Shown piece after piece: positions 25,044 through 34,934 of a DNA stretch of 64,000 nucleotides (position 1 is its first letter; each line of letters opens with the position of its first letter). This DNA is from Candidatus Eiseniibacteriota bacterium (GTDB taxonomy: Bacteria; Eisenbacteria; RBG-16-71-46), in NCBI GenBank assembly GCA_038231135.1, contig JBBRLX010000006.1:96001-160000 (forward strand), in the 5' to 3' direction. Under the pieces are notes generated by a model. That model was not told the origin of the DNA. It did no database searches and worked only from the letters and a program-made list of their open reading frames with translations. Position numbers and translations under genes: made by a program.

Positions 25044-27374
25044 ATGACCTCTCGATTCGTTCCGGTTCGCACCCGACTGCTGACGAGCTCCGCCGCTCCG
25101 CCGCTCATGCGAATGTTGCACGCGCGGTGCGGCGCGCGGACCCTGGTGCTGGCGGTCGCGCTCGCCGCCGCCGTTCCGGGATCCGCCGCGCTCGCCGCGG
25201 CGCCCCAGCCCGGGCCGCCGATCACGATCCAGCGCATCCACGGACCGATCACCGTGGATGGCGACCTGTCCGAGCCCGCGTGGCAGGGCCTGCCCGCGAT
25301 CACCCAGTGGTACGAGACGCGGGTCGGCGACAACGTCGAGCCGCAGGTGAAGAACGTCGCGTACCTCGCGTACGACGACAAGTACTTCTACGCCGGGTTC
25401 GTGTTCGACGATCCCGCCCCGGCCGCGATCCGCGCGCCGATCGGCGATCACGACGTCGTGCCGTCGTCGACCGACTACGCCGGCGTGATCATCGACAGCC
25501 GGAACGACGGCAAGACCGCGCAGATGTTCCTCGCGAACCCCCACGGTGTTCAGTACGACGCGATCAGCAGCGACGTCTCGGGCGAGGACAACTCGCCGGA
25601 CTTCTTCTGGGACGCGGCCGGCAAGGTCACGGCGACCGGCTGGTCGCTCGAGATCCGGATTCCGTTCTCGTCGCTGCGTTATGGCGACGTCGCGCAGCCC
25701 ACGTGGGGCATCCTGCTCTATCGCAATTATCCGCGTGACCGCCGCTATCAGTTCTTCAACGCCCGGCTGCCCCGCGATGTGAACTGCTTCATATGCAACT
25801 CGAGCAAGCTGAACGGCCTCGCGAACCTGCCGCACGGCGAGCATCTGGTCGTGGCGCCGTTCGCGACCGCGGCGCGCAACAGCGCGCCCGGCGGGGACCT
25901 CGGCAGTCCGCTCGAGGACGAGAACATCAGGACGGACGCGGGCGTGGACGTGAAATGGAATCCGCTGGCGAACACCGCGATCGACGCCACGATCAATCCC
26001 GACTTCTCGCAGGTCGAATCGGACGCCGCTCAGATCACCGCGAACGAGCGGTTTGCGCTGTTCTTCTCGGAGAAGCGGCCGTTCTTCCTCGAAGGGGTGG
26101 ATCTGCTCGCGACGCCGATGCAGGCGGTGTACACGCGCACGATCACGTCGCCCCACGCCGGCCTGCGCGCCACGGGCAAGTTCGGTTCGACCGCGTACAC
26201 CGCGCTCGTCACCGAGGACCGCGGCGGCGGCCTCGTGATCCTGCCCGGACCCGAGGGGTCGGACTTCGCGCTCCAGGACTTCAAGTCGCGCGTCGGGGTG
26301 GCGCGGGTCCGGCAGGACTACGGCAACTCGTTCGGCAGCTTCCTCGTGACCGGGCGCGACATCGACGGCGGCGGGCACAACGTGGTGTTCGGACCCGACG
26401 GCCAGTGGCGCCCGCGGCCGTCCGATTCGTTTACCGGCCAGGCGCTGTGGAGCGACAGCCGCACCCCCAACCGGCCCGATCTCGCGGCCGAGTGGGACCG
26501 CCGGCAACTGCAGGATCACGCGGTCACGCTGCAGTGGTCGCACAGCACGCCCCATCCCGACTGGTTCTTCCAGTTGCAGGACATCGGCAGGAATTTCCGC
26601 GCCGACGAGGGGTTCATGCCGAACGTCGGCTATCGCGAGGCGTTCCTCGACGGCGGCTATACGATCCGCCCCAAGGACCAGTTCCTGTCGCGAGTCCGCG
26701 TGTTCACGACGGACTACTTCGACGGCGACGCGAACGGCGGGCTGCTCAACCGCCGGATTGCGGTGGGCTTTGGCGCGGACGGCAAGCTGAACAGCTTCGT
26801 CCGGCTCGAGCTCAATCGCGACGACATTCGCGTGGGGAACCAGGTGCTCGACCGGTTCCGGCCGCGGCTCTACATGGAATCGAGCCCTGGCCGCATCCTC
26901 AACTTCCTGTCGCTCGACACCTATGCAGGACAGGAGATCGACTTCGCGAACGGCCGCAAGGCGCGCGGCCTGACGCTGATCGGCAGCCTGTCGCTGCGGC
27001 CCGGCGACCACCTGGAGCTGCGCGGCGACGCCAGCCGCCGGTTCGTGAACGTGAACGCGAACGGCGTGTCCGGCCGGCTGTTCACCGCCGAGGTCGAGCG
27101 CGTGCGCGCGACATGGTCGCTCAATTCACGGTCATTCGTGAGATTGATCGGCCAGTACGTCCAGACGCGCCGCGACACCGCGCTCTACACGGTCACGACC
27201 GGAGCGAAGGACGCCGACCTCAGCGCGTCCGGGCTGTTCGCATTCAAGCTCGACTGGCAGACGGTGTTCTACGTGGGGTACGGCGACAACCACACGTTCC
27301 TCGAGACGACGGACCGCCTCGAGCCATCGGCGCGGCAGTGGTTCACGAAGGTGTCGTACGCGTGGCAGCAATGA
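25044..27374 (+). CDS. DUF5916 / CBM9-like sugar-binding outer-membrane protein (start uncertain)
   Basis: ITVDGDLSEPAW, EIRIPFSSLRY, TINPDFSQVESD, EKRPFFLEG, terminal FTKVSYAW. Confidence 0.85.
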   Translation: MTSRFVPVRTRLLTSSAAPPLMRMLHARCGARTLVLAVALAAAVPGSAALAAAPQPGPPITIQRIHGPITVDGDLSEPAWQGLPAITQWYETRVGDNVEPQVKNVAYLAYDDKYFYAGFVFDDPAPAAIRAPIGDHDVVPSSTDYAGVIIDSRNDGKTAQMFLANPHGVQYDAISSDVSGEDNSPDFFWDAAGKVTATGWSLEIRIPFSSLRYGDVAQPTWGILLYRNYPRDRRYQFFNARLPRDVNCFICNSSKLNGLANLPHGEHLVVAPFATAARNSAPGGDLGSPLEDENIRTDAGVDVKWNPLANTAIDATINPDFSQVESDAAQITANERFALFFSEKRPFFLEGVDLLATPMQAVYTRTITSPHAGLRATGKFGSTAYTALVTEDRGGGLVILPGPEGSDFALQDFKSRVGVARVRQDYGNSFGSFLVTGRDIDGGGHNVVFGPDGQWRPRPSDSFTGQALWSDSRTPNRPDLAAEWDRRQLQDHAVTLQWSHSTPHPDWFFQLQDIGRNFRADEGFMPNVGYREAFLDGGYTIRPKDQFLSRVRVFTTDYFDGDANGGLLNRRIAVGFGADGKLNSFVRLELNRDDIRVGNQVLDRFRPRLYMESSPGRILNFLSLDTYAGQEIDFANGRKARGLTLIGSLSLRPGDHLELRGDASRRFVNVNANGVSGRLFTAEVERVRATWSLNSRSFVRLIGQYVQTRRDTALYTVTTGAKDADLSASGLFAFKLDWQTVFYVGYGDNHTFLETTDRLEPSARQWFTKVSYAWQQ

Positions 27375-27411
27375 CGCGACGGCGCCGGCGCGCGCCGAAT
27401 TCGGACGCGGC

Positions 27412-28083
27412 CTACTTCCGCCGCTCCCAGCGGCGGGTCAATTCGCGCATCAGCGAATCCCGCGCACGGTCCGGTGTGACGAGCGTCATGCCGTCGTATT
27501 TGAAATCGTGCACGGCGCGATAGCCCCCGCTGGAATCGCGCGCGACGACGGCCATGAACGGGTTGACCGCACGATAGTGCGGTTCCACGTGACTCCAGCC
27601 CCGCGGCATCACGGTTCCCGGATACGGGACCAGGTTCACCATCGTGACGCGGCTCTCCTCGTCGCTCGAGATCCTGACGTGGATGTGCGGCGGTCCCTCG
27701 GCGACTCCGGGCAGCACGGAGTGGATGAAGAATTCGCCGCGCGCGCTGGTGCGCAGCACGCCCGCCAGGCGGGGGATGTCCGCGGGATCACCGGGGCGCG
27801 CGTAGTTGCCCTGAGCGTCGGCGTGATAGACGTACATCCTCGCGTGACCCAGCGGCGTCCGTCCATCCACGTCGTAGACCCGTCCCGAGAGCACGAATCG
27901 CGGGCCCGGCTCGCCGGGTGCCAGGTCCACGCGGTCGCCGGTGGGCTCGCGGTTCCACGGCAGAACGTAGCCGGTAGACCCGGGTGCCCGTTTCCACGGC
28001 GGCACGTAGGGCGCGGGCTTCAGCGACATGATCGCGACGGCGAGCCCCAACCATGCGAACGTACGGATCCAGTGACGCGTCAC
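27412..28083 (-). CDS. Exported intradiol-dioxygenase-like protein
   Basis: EPGPRFVLSGRVYD...YHADAQGNY...GEF...PG...PHIH; N-terminal signal. Confidence 0.7.
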   Translation of the reverse strand: MTRHWIRTFAWLGLAVAIMSLKPAPYVPPWKRAPGSTGYVLPWNREPTGDRVDLAPGEPGPRFVLSGRVYDVDGRTPLGHARMYVYHADAQGNYARPGDPADIPRLAGVLRTSARGEFFIHSVLPGVAEGPPHIHVRISSDEESRVTMVNLVPYPGTVMPRGWSHVEPHYRAVNPFMAVVARDSSGGYRAVHDFKYDGMTLVTPDRARDSLMRELTRRWERRK

Positions 28084-28111
28084 GGCGGCCTCCCGGACTC
28101 GAGAGTGGGGC

Positions 28112-28498
28112 TCAGTAGCTCGGATAGCTCTTCTCCTCCAGGAGCTCCGAGCCGAGTACGACGTTCAGTTCGCGCTTGATCGCGGCGCGGCGGTCGTTCG
28201 TGCGGTAGACCGAGCGCGCCAGCTCGATGAACTCGGCGTCGAACGCCTGGGCCGCTTCCTTGAGGCGGATGCGGTCCTCGATGTCCCACAGCGCCTCGTT
28301 CACCACCCGGAGCTGCGCGGTCAGCGCGCTCACGTCGCGGCCCGCCAGCGGCGACGCGCTCCACGTGGCACGCAACAACTCCAGCTCGCGGCGCACGTTG
28401 GAGAGCCGGGATTCGGCGGTGATGCGCTCGGACTTGATCTCGAGGATCGAGAGCTTGTCGAGGAATTCGCCGGGGGACGTCCGAACGCTGAGCAGCAT
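28112..28498 (-). CDS. DUF6165-family protein
   Basis: SPGEFLDKLSILEIK, LWDIED, FIELARSVY..ND.R..IK, EEKSY. Confidence 0.85.
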   Translation of the reverse strand: MLLSVRTSPGEFLDKLSILEIKSERITAESRLSNVRRELELLRATWSASPLAGRDVSALTAQLRVVNEALWDIEDRIRLKEAAQAFDAEFIELARSVYRTNDRRAAIKRELNVVLGSELLEEKSYPSY

Positions 28499-28804
28499 TG
28501 TGGGAATCTCCGCGTGGACGATGGTGGCGCTCCGCGGATGCGATCTGCGCCGGCGGGGCGCACGCCGTCCGGAGCCGGTCCACACCGCCACGGGTGACTC
28601 TACGCGGCGGTACGCGTGCGGCGCCAGCGCCCGGCCGGCCCGGCTCGCACGGCTCGCCCGGCTCGCAGCGGCGATCCCGGGTGGGTGGCGGGGTGCGCGC
28701 GGTGAAATACTCGGGGTACACTTGCCGGGAATCCCGGCCCGGGATCGATCGCGAAGTGAGTTCGTGCAGGACTTCCCATGGGGCGATGGCACTCTGCCAC
28801 TCCG

Positions 28805-30790
28805 ATGACGAACGACGGCCGCCTGTCAGCACTCGAGAGTGAGATCCTGCGTTTGCGCGAGGACAACGCGCGCCTGGCGGCGCAGCTCGCCGCGGTCGCC
28901 GGTCCGGCCGCGGCTCAGGCGCCCCTGGACTTCCGCGTAATCGCCGATGCCATTCCGATTCCGGTGGTCATCAGCCGGCTCTCGGACGGCCAGCTGGTGC
29001 ACACCAATACACTCATGACCCGGATGTTCGGGCTGTCGCGGGAGGAATTCCTCCGCCATCGGTCGGTGAATTTCTATGGGAATCCCGCCGACCGCCAGAG
29101 GTTTATCGAGGCGCTGACCAGCTCGCCGCTGCCGATTCACTTCGAGATCGAGGCGCCGCCGCTGCCCGGAATGCCGGCCTGGGTCGGCTTGACCGCGCAG
29201 CAGATCGTGTTCGATGGCGGGCCCGCCATCTTCGTGTGCATGATCGACATCACCACGCGCAAGCAGGCCGAGCAGGCACTGCGCGCGTCGGAGGAGCTGT
29301 ATCACGCCCTGTTCGACTCCAGCCCGTTCCCGACGTTCATGGTGGACGTGCAGAGCTGGGCGTTCCTCGCGGTCAACGACGCCACCTGCCGCCACTACGG
29401 CTACGCGCGCGAGGAGCTGCTACAGAAGACCATTCGCGACATCCGCGCTGCGGGCGACGAGGCCATCCTGCAGAGCCAGGTTGAGGCATCGCTGCGTGAG
29501 CAGGGCCCGATGACCCACAAGGCCCGGCATCTCCGCAAGGACGGCACCATCCTCCAGGTCGAAGTCACGGCGCGCCCGGTGATGTTCCGCGACCGGATGG
29601 TGTGGATCTCGACCATCCACGATGTGACGGACCGCATGCTGCTCGAGAGCCAGCTTCAGCAGTCCCAGAAGCTCGAGAGCGTGGCGCGGCTGGCCGGCGG
29701 CATCGCGCACGACTTCAACAACCTGCTCACCGCGATCCTGGGATACACGGAATTGCTGGAACATCGGTTCCGGTCCCAGCCGGACGCGGTCGCCGATCTG
29801 GGCGAGATCCGCACGGCCGGCATGCACGCCCGGGAGCTGACGCAGCAGCTGCTCGCGTTCGCCAGGCGTCAGAGCGGTGATCCGCGCGTGATCGACCTCT
29901 CCCGGCTGCTGCTCGATCGTATGTCGCTGCTGTGCCGGCTCGCCGGGGAGGGCATCGAGGTGACCGAGCAGCTGGCGCCCGATCTGTGGTCGATAACGGC
30001 CGATCCCGGGCAGTTCGAACAGGTGCTGATCAACCTGGTGCTGAACGCGCGGGACGCGATGGGTGGGCGCGGCACCCTGACGCTCGTCGCCACGAACCGG
30101 ACGCTCGACGACCATCAAGCGTCGTTGCGACCGCGCCTCACTCCCGGGGACTACGTGCTGCTCGAGATCCGCGACACGGGCGGCGGCATGTCGCCCGAGG
30201 TGCTGTCGCACGTGTTCGAGCCGTTCTTCTCGACGAAGGCCGACGGCGCCGGCACCGGCCTCGGTCTCGCCGCGGTATACGGGATCATGACCCAGGGCGG
30301 TGGTGATGTCTGGGTGGGGAGCGAGGTCGGCGTCGGAACGAGCTTCACGCTGGCGTTCCCGCGCGCCCAGGGCCCGGTGGCCGACGTGCGGCCGGCGGCA
30401 CCCGTGGAGTCCCCGCGCGGCACCGAGACCATCCTGCTGGTCGAGGACAACGCGGCGCTGCGATCGCTCACGTCCCGCATGCTCGAGGAGGCGGGCTATC
30501 GCGTCACGACGGCCGAAAGCGGGCCCGATGCGATCGAGTTGGCCGCGCGGGCGTCCGGGCGGTTCCGGCTGCTGATCACGGACGTGGTCATGCCGCACAT
30601 GAGCGGCAAGGCGCTGGCCGAACGCCTCACGGCGGAGGATCCCCACCTGTGTGTGCTGTTCGTGTCGGGGTTCTCGCTCGACATACTCGGCCGACACGGC
30701 GTCACCGGCGGATCCGGGCAGTTCCTCGCCAAACCGTTCACGGAGACGATGCTGCTGAGCAAGGTGCGGGAATTGCTCGACGTGAACTGA
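28805..30790 (+). CDS. Hybrid sensor kinase PAS-PAS-HisKA-HATPase-REC (CckA-like)
   Basis: LAGGIAHDFNNLL, NLVLNARDAM, FEPFFSTK, GTGLGL, LLVEDN...TDVVMP. Confidence 0.95.
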   Translation: MTNDGRLSALESEILRLREDNARLAAQLAAVAGPAAAQAPLDFRVIADAIPIPVVISRLSDGQLVHTNTLMTRMFGLSREEFLRHRSVNFYGNPADRQRFIEALTSSPLPIHFEIEAPPLPGMPAWVGLTAQQIVFDGGPAIFVCMIDITTRKQAEQALRASEELYHALFDSSPFPTFMVDVQSWAFLAVNDATCRHYGYAREELLQKTIRDIRAAGDEAILQSQVEASLREQGPMTHKARHLRKDGTILQVEVTARPVMFRDRMVWISTIHDVTDRMLLESQLQQSQKLESVARLAGGIAHDFNNLLTAILGYTELLEHRFRSQPDAVADLGEIRTAGMHARELTQQLLAFARRQSGDPRVIDLSRLLLDRMSLLCRLAGEGIEVTEQLAPDLWSITADPGQFEQVLINLVLNARDAMGGRGTLTLVATNRTLDDHQASLRPRLTPGDYVLLEIRDTGGGMSPEVLSHVFEPFFSTKADGAGTGLGLAAVYGIMTQGGGDVWVGSEVGVGTSFTLAFPRAQGPVADVRPAAPVESPRGTETILLVEDNAALRSLTSRMLEEAGYRVTTAESGPDAIELAARASGRFRLLITDVVMPHMSGKALAERLTAEDPHLCVLFVSGFSLDILGRHGVTGGSGQFLAKPFTETMLLSKVRELLDVN

Positions 30791-30809
30791 GACGCACTCG
30801 GGGTTTCCG

Positions 30810-31556
30810 CTAGCGCGGCCCGCCGTAATGCCGGATCGCTTCCTCCGCGTGCGGACGGCCGCTCGCACGCAGGATGCGAACGTATTCGTTCACGTCGTAC
30901 GGCACCCGGCGAAAGTCGAGGCTCACCCGCGCGCCCTCGACCTCCAGCACGGCGTACTCGGCCCAGGGATCGATGCGGAGCTCACCCGGCGATGCGTCGT
31001 GCCGGTAGGCGATGCCGATGCTGCCGGGGTTGAAATGCGTCGAGTCCCCGAAGCGCCGCGCGAACTGCAGATGCACGTGGCCGCCGGCCATGAAGTCGGC
31101 CGCGCACGGGGCGAACGCTCGCTCGAACGCCTCACGCGGGGTGTCGGGCAGCAGGATCTCGTCGAACGATGCGGGTGAGCCGTGGTAGCCGACGAACGAG
31201 CGGCCGCCGCAGTCGAGCGCCACCATGGGCACGAACCCTGAGATGAATTCGCGATCGGCCGCGGTCAGCCGGGACAGCGACCACACGCGCACGTCCTCGA
31301 GGATCGCGCGCTGCTGCGGCGTCCTGGGCTCGGCACCGGTGTCGATTCCCGAGAACAGCCATGCGTCCGCATTGCCCATCACCACGGGGCACGCGAGCGA
31401 CCGCAGCCGCTCGACGACTTCGGCGGGCTGGGCACCGCTCTGGACGGTGTCGCCGAGGCAGACCACCCGGTCGGCGGGCCGGCGCCCGAGGTCGGCGAGC
31501 ACGGCGTCCAGAGCGGTGGCGTTGCCATGAATGTCGGACAGGACCGCGAGGCGCAT
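30810..31556 (-). CDS. Metallophosphoesterase (YfcE/MJ0936-like)
   Basis: MRLAVLSDIHGN, CLGD, GNAD, HGSP, GGHVH, NPGSIG. Confidence 0.9.
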   Translation of the reverse strand: MRLAVLSDIHGNATALDAVLADLGRRPADRVVCLGDTVQSGAQPAEVVERLRSLACPVVMGNADAWLFSGIDTGAEPRTPQQRAILEDVRVWSLSRLTAADREFISGFVPMVALDCGGRSFVGYHGSPASFDEILLPDTPREAFERAFAPCAADFMAGGHVHLQFARRFGDSTHFNPGSIGIAYRHDASPGELRIDPWAEYAVLEVEGARVSLDFRRVPYDVNEYVRILRASGRPHAEEAIRHYGGPR

Positions 31557-31582
31557 CGGGTGTCGTTGAGTCCTTGAGGGGA

Positions 31583-32407
31583 TCAGTTCTTGAAGAGCAG
31601 CGGATTGCGGGCCAGGAACACTCCGGCCTGGAGCCGGTCCGCGAGCCCGAGCTTCGCCAGCACGTGCCCGACGTGCTTCTTCACCGTGGGTTCGCTGATC
31701 TCGAGCGAACTCGAGATCTCCTTGTTGGACTGACCCTCCGCGATCAACGCCGCCACCTGCAGCTCGCGGTCGGAGAACAACGGCCGGCGCCCGCCTGGCT
31801 GACCGCTGTCGCGGCCCGTCGCGGACAGCATGCCCGAGGCGGTCGTCGGGTCGTACCACGCCTGTCCGCCCGCCACGGCGCGAACGGCGCGGAACAGATC
31901 CTCGGGGTCGGCGCTGCGTCGCAGCGTCGCCATGGCGCCCTGACTCGCCGCGAGCTGCAGACAATCGATGCCGACCGGGCAGGTGCCGAGCGGGATCCCG
32001 GTCAGCCACTGGCGTGACGGCGGGTTGAGCACCACGCAGTTGTCGGCCCCGCGCTCCGACAATGCCAGGATGCGCAGCGCGGGCAACTGCGACCGGATGC
32101 CGGGAATCGCGGCCTGTCGGTCCTGGCCGGGCAGGTTGAGCGCGAGGATCAGCACGTCGGGCGCGAGCGCTCGGCACTGCTGGATGGTCTCCTCGACCGT
32201 GGCCGATTCTCCGACGATCTCGAATTCCACCTCGGACGCGAGCAGAACGATGAGTCCGCCCCGGTCGATCGCCTGGTTGTCTGCCACGACGATGCGAATC
32301 CGGCCCGGCGTGTCGGGGCCAGCGGAGCGTCGCGATTTCCGCGACGGGATGGCGCGCCTGCCCGCGGGCCGCCGACTTGCGGCCGCCGCCCGACCTCGTG
32401 GTGGCAT
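31583..32407 (-). CDS. Atypical NarL/LuxR-type response regulator with Cys-rich insertion
   Basis: REC-like RIVVADN...PDVLILALNLP; LuxR HTH FSDRELQVAALIAEGQSNKEI...TVKKHV. Confidence 0.85.
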   Translation of the reverse strand: MPPRGRAAAASRRPAGRRAIPSRKSRRSAGPDTPGRIRIVVADNQAIDRGGLIVLLASEVEFEIVGESATVEETIQQCRALAPDVLILALNLPGQDRQAAIPGIRSQLPALRILALSERGADNCVVLNPPSRQWLTGIPLGTCPVGIDCLQLAASQGAMATLRRSADPEDLFRAVRAVAGGQAWYDPTTASGMLSATGRDSGQPGGRRPLFSDRELQVAALIAEGQSNKEISSSLEISEPTVKKHVGHVLAKLGLADRLQAGVFLARNPLLFKN

Positions 32408-32562
32408 TCCGAACACACTCCAGTTCCTGGTAGGTGCACGTCGAACATCGGACGGTACCCATGATACCAGAGGACCACGAGCGCGGCTCCCGAAGGCCCG
32501 TTGTGGCGGGCGCACGATAACGTCGAATCTGGATGCAGTCGCAGGCAACGAAGGAGGCGCTG

Positions 32563-33066
32563 GTGAAGGTCCTGATCGCAGTCGACGAATCGATCCATTC
32601 GGAGCGCGCCGTCCGGTTCGTGGCCGGCATGCACTGGCCAGGCGGCAGCCGCGTGATCGTGGCCACCGTGATGCCCGCCGTCCCGCCGCCCGCGATGGCT
32701 CCGTCCGATCTCGCGGAGGCCAGGCAGGGGAGTGTTATCGCCGAGTGCCGGCGCGGCTGTGACACCGTGATCGCACGCTCTCAGAGTCGACTACGCGAGG
32801 CCGGGCTCTCGACCGAGGGACGCATTCTCGAGGGCGACGCTCGCGAGCAACTGGTCGCCCTCGTTCTGGCCGAGCGGGTGGACCTGCTCGTGCTGGGTTC
32901 CCGGGGGCGGAGCGGTGTCGCACGTCTGTTGCTCGGCAGCGTCTCGGCCCACGCCGTAACCCACGCTCCCTGCTCGGTCCTCGTGGTGAAGGAACGGCAC
33001 GCCCGCGCGGCGTCCGCTCGCCGGGCGCCCCGGCGCGCCACGAGTGCACGCCGGCACCCTGCCTGA
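32563..33066 (+). CDS. Universal stress protein
   Basis: KVLIAVD.S...DLLVLGSRGRSG...LLGSVS...HAPCSVLVVK; AAGGAGG RBS. Confidence 0.92.
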   Translation: MKVLIAVDESIHSERAVRFVAGMHWPGGSRVIVATVMPAVPPPAMAPSDLAEARQGSVIAECRRGCDTVIARSQSRLREAGLSTEGRILEGDAREQLVALVLAERVDLLVLGSRGRSGVARLLLGSVSAHAVTHAPCSVLVVKERHARAASARRAPRRATSARRHPA

Positions 33067-33231
33067 ATCCAGCATCCGTTGGGACCGCACCACCCCATCC
33101 GTTGGTCCCGTTGCGGGCGGTCCGTTCTCACCGGCGGGATGGCTCCCAGCGTCCACTGGCATGCCCGGCCGCCCAGGCGGATGCTGACCCATAGAGGAGC
33201 AACTCGACAGCAGGCACGATAGGAGGAGGTC

Positions 33232-33672
33232 ATGAAGATCCTGATCGGCGTCGATGATTCGCCACATTCGAAGGCGGCGGTGGATTTCGTCCGGAAAATG
33301 ACATGGCCGAGTGACACGAAAGTGGTGGTGTTGTCGGTGGCTCAGCCGGTGGTGCTGGCATACTCCGAAGTCTTCGTGCCCGCGGAGTCCCCGGTGGAGC
33401 TCATGAAGGGCATTACGGACATGCATCAGGAGACGGCGTCGAGCGCCGAGCGCATTCTGCACGGCGCCGGACTGACCACGGAAGCGAAGGTGCTCCAGGG
33501 GGATCCGCGCACGACCCTCGTCGATGTGGCGTGCGCCGAGCGCGCAGACCTCGTCGTCGTCGGTTCCCACGGCCGCACCGGCCTCGCGAAGCTCATCATG
33601 GGCAGCGTGGCCAGTCACGTCGTGACCAATGCTCCGTGCAGTGTCATGGTGGTGAAGCTCGAGAAGCGGTGA
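33232..33672 (+). CDS. Universal stress protein
   Basis: MKILIGVDDS...GSHGRTG...[18 protein letters not shown]. Confidence 0.95.
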   Translation: MKILIGVDDSPHSKAAVDFVRKMTWPSDTKVVVLSVAQPVVLAYSEVFVPAESPVELMKGITDMHQETASSAERILHGAGLTTEAKVLQGDPRTTLVDVACAERADLVVVGSHGRTGLAKLIMGSVASHVVTNAPCSVMVVKLEKR

Positions 33673-33746
33673 GCCCGGTGCGAAACCGCGAGCTCGGACG
33701 GCCCTGACGTGCCGCGGTACGGGGCCATCTTCCAGTGGGAGTGCAG

Positions 33747-34868
33747 ATGAACCACGCGAACACAGTGCTCGAGAAGGGTGGCGCGCAGCCGAGCGCGCCC
33801 AGGGTTCACCGTTCGAAGACGATGCGCGCCGCCGTGTTCGTGGAGCCGGGCCGGATCGAGCTTCAGGAGCGGCCGGTTCCGAACGTCGGCGCCACGGATG
33901 CGCTGGTGCGGGTGACGACGACCACGATCTGCGGCACCGACGTTCACATTCTCAAGGGTGAATACCCCGTGGAGCGCGGGAGGATCATCGGCCACGAGCC
34001 GGTCGGAGTGATCGAGGAACTGGGGTCCGCGGTCACGGGCTACACGATTGGCCAGCGGGTGATCACCGGCGCCATCACGCCGTGCGGCCAGTGCCACTCG
34101 TGTCTCGACGGCCATGCGTCCCAGTGCGGCGGGAAGGCGATGGGCGGATGGCGGCTCGGCAACACGATCGACGGATGCCAGGCGGACTTCGTCCTGGTGC
34201 CGAACGCGATGGCGAACCTGGCTCCGATCCCCGACGGTCTCACCGACGAGCAGGTGCTCATGTGTCCCGATATCATGAGCACGGGATTCAGCGGCGCCGA
34301 GAGCGGCAGGATTCGCATCGGCGACATCGTGGCGGTGTTCGCGCAGGGTCCGATCGGTCTGTGCGCCACGGTGGGAGCCAGGCTGCGGGGCGCTTCGCTC
34401 ATCATCGCGGTCGATTCCGTTCCCGAGCGTCTGGCCCGGGCACGGCAGATGGGAGCGGACGTGGTCGTCGACTACAAGCAGCAGGACGCGGTCGCCGAGA
34501 TCCTGGCACTCACCGGCGGCCGTGGGGTCGACGTCGCGATCGAGGCGCTCGGCACGCAGGCGACATTCGAGAGCTGCCTGCGAGTGCTCCGTCCCGGCGG
34601 CGTGCTGTCGAGCCTCGGTGTCTACTCCGGCAAGGTGGAGATGCCGCTCGACGCGTTCGCGGCCGGGCTCGGCGACCACCGGATCGTGACGACGCTGTGC
34701 CCCGGCGGCAAGGAGCGCATGCGACGGCTGATGAACATCGTCGCCGCGGACCGCGCGGACATGAAGTCGCTCGTCACGCACCGGTTCAAGCTGGATGACA
34801 TCGGCGCCGCCTACGATCTGTTCGCGGCGCAACGCGACGGTGTCGTCAAAGTCGCGATCACGACCTGA
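33747..34868 (+). CDS. Zn-dependent alcohol dehydrogenase (MDR family)
   Basis: ICGTDVH, GHE, CGQCHSC..C structural Zn site, PDIMSTG, QGPIG. Confidence 0.92.
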   Translation: MNHANTVLEKGGAQPSAPRVHRSKTMRAAVFVEPGRIELQERPVPNVGATDALVRVTTTTICGTDVHILKGEYPVERGRIIGHEPVGVIEELGSAVTGYTIGQRVITGAITPCGQCHSCLDGHASQCGGKAMGGWRLGNTIDGCQADFVLVPNAMANLAPIPDGLTDEQVLMCPDIMSTGFSGAESGRIRIGDIVAVFAQGPIGLCATVGARLRGASLIIAVDSVPERLARARQMGADVVVDYKQQDAVAEILALTGGRGVDVAIEALGTQATFESCLRVLRPGGVLSSLGVYSGKVEMPLDAFAAGLGDHRIVTTLCPGGKERMRRLMNIVAADRADMKSLVTHRFKLDDIGAAYDLFAAQRDGVVKVAITT

Positions 34869-34879
34869 TCGTTCCGGAT

Positions 34880-34902
34880 GCCGGAGGCTCCTGGCCTCCG
34901 GC
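34880..34902 (+). terminator. Hairpin between the ADH gene and nirK
   Basis: Perfect 9-bp stem GCCGGAGGC-TCCTG-GCCTCCGGC. Confidence 0.4.
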
Positions 34903-34934
34903 GCATGTTCCAACCCATCGCGGAGGTGCGCACG

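Noticed and set aside
28640..28668. CGGCTCGC(A/C) x3 microrepeat in the divergent intergenic region
   Set aside because: Too short and GC-rich to separate from chance
30810..32765. Apparent 651-aa ORF ending in a phosphoesterase
   Set aside because: Only 30810-31556 is protein-like; the upstream part overlaps the regulator in another frame
33157..33172. TGGCATG...GC as a sigma54 promoter before the second USP (similar case near 56456)
   Set aside because: GG-to-GC spacing is off by one base
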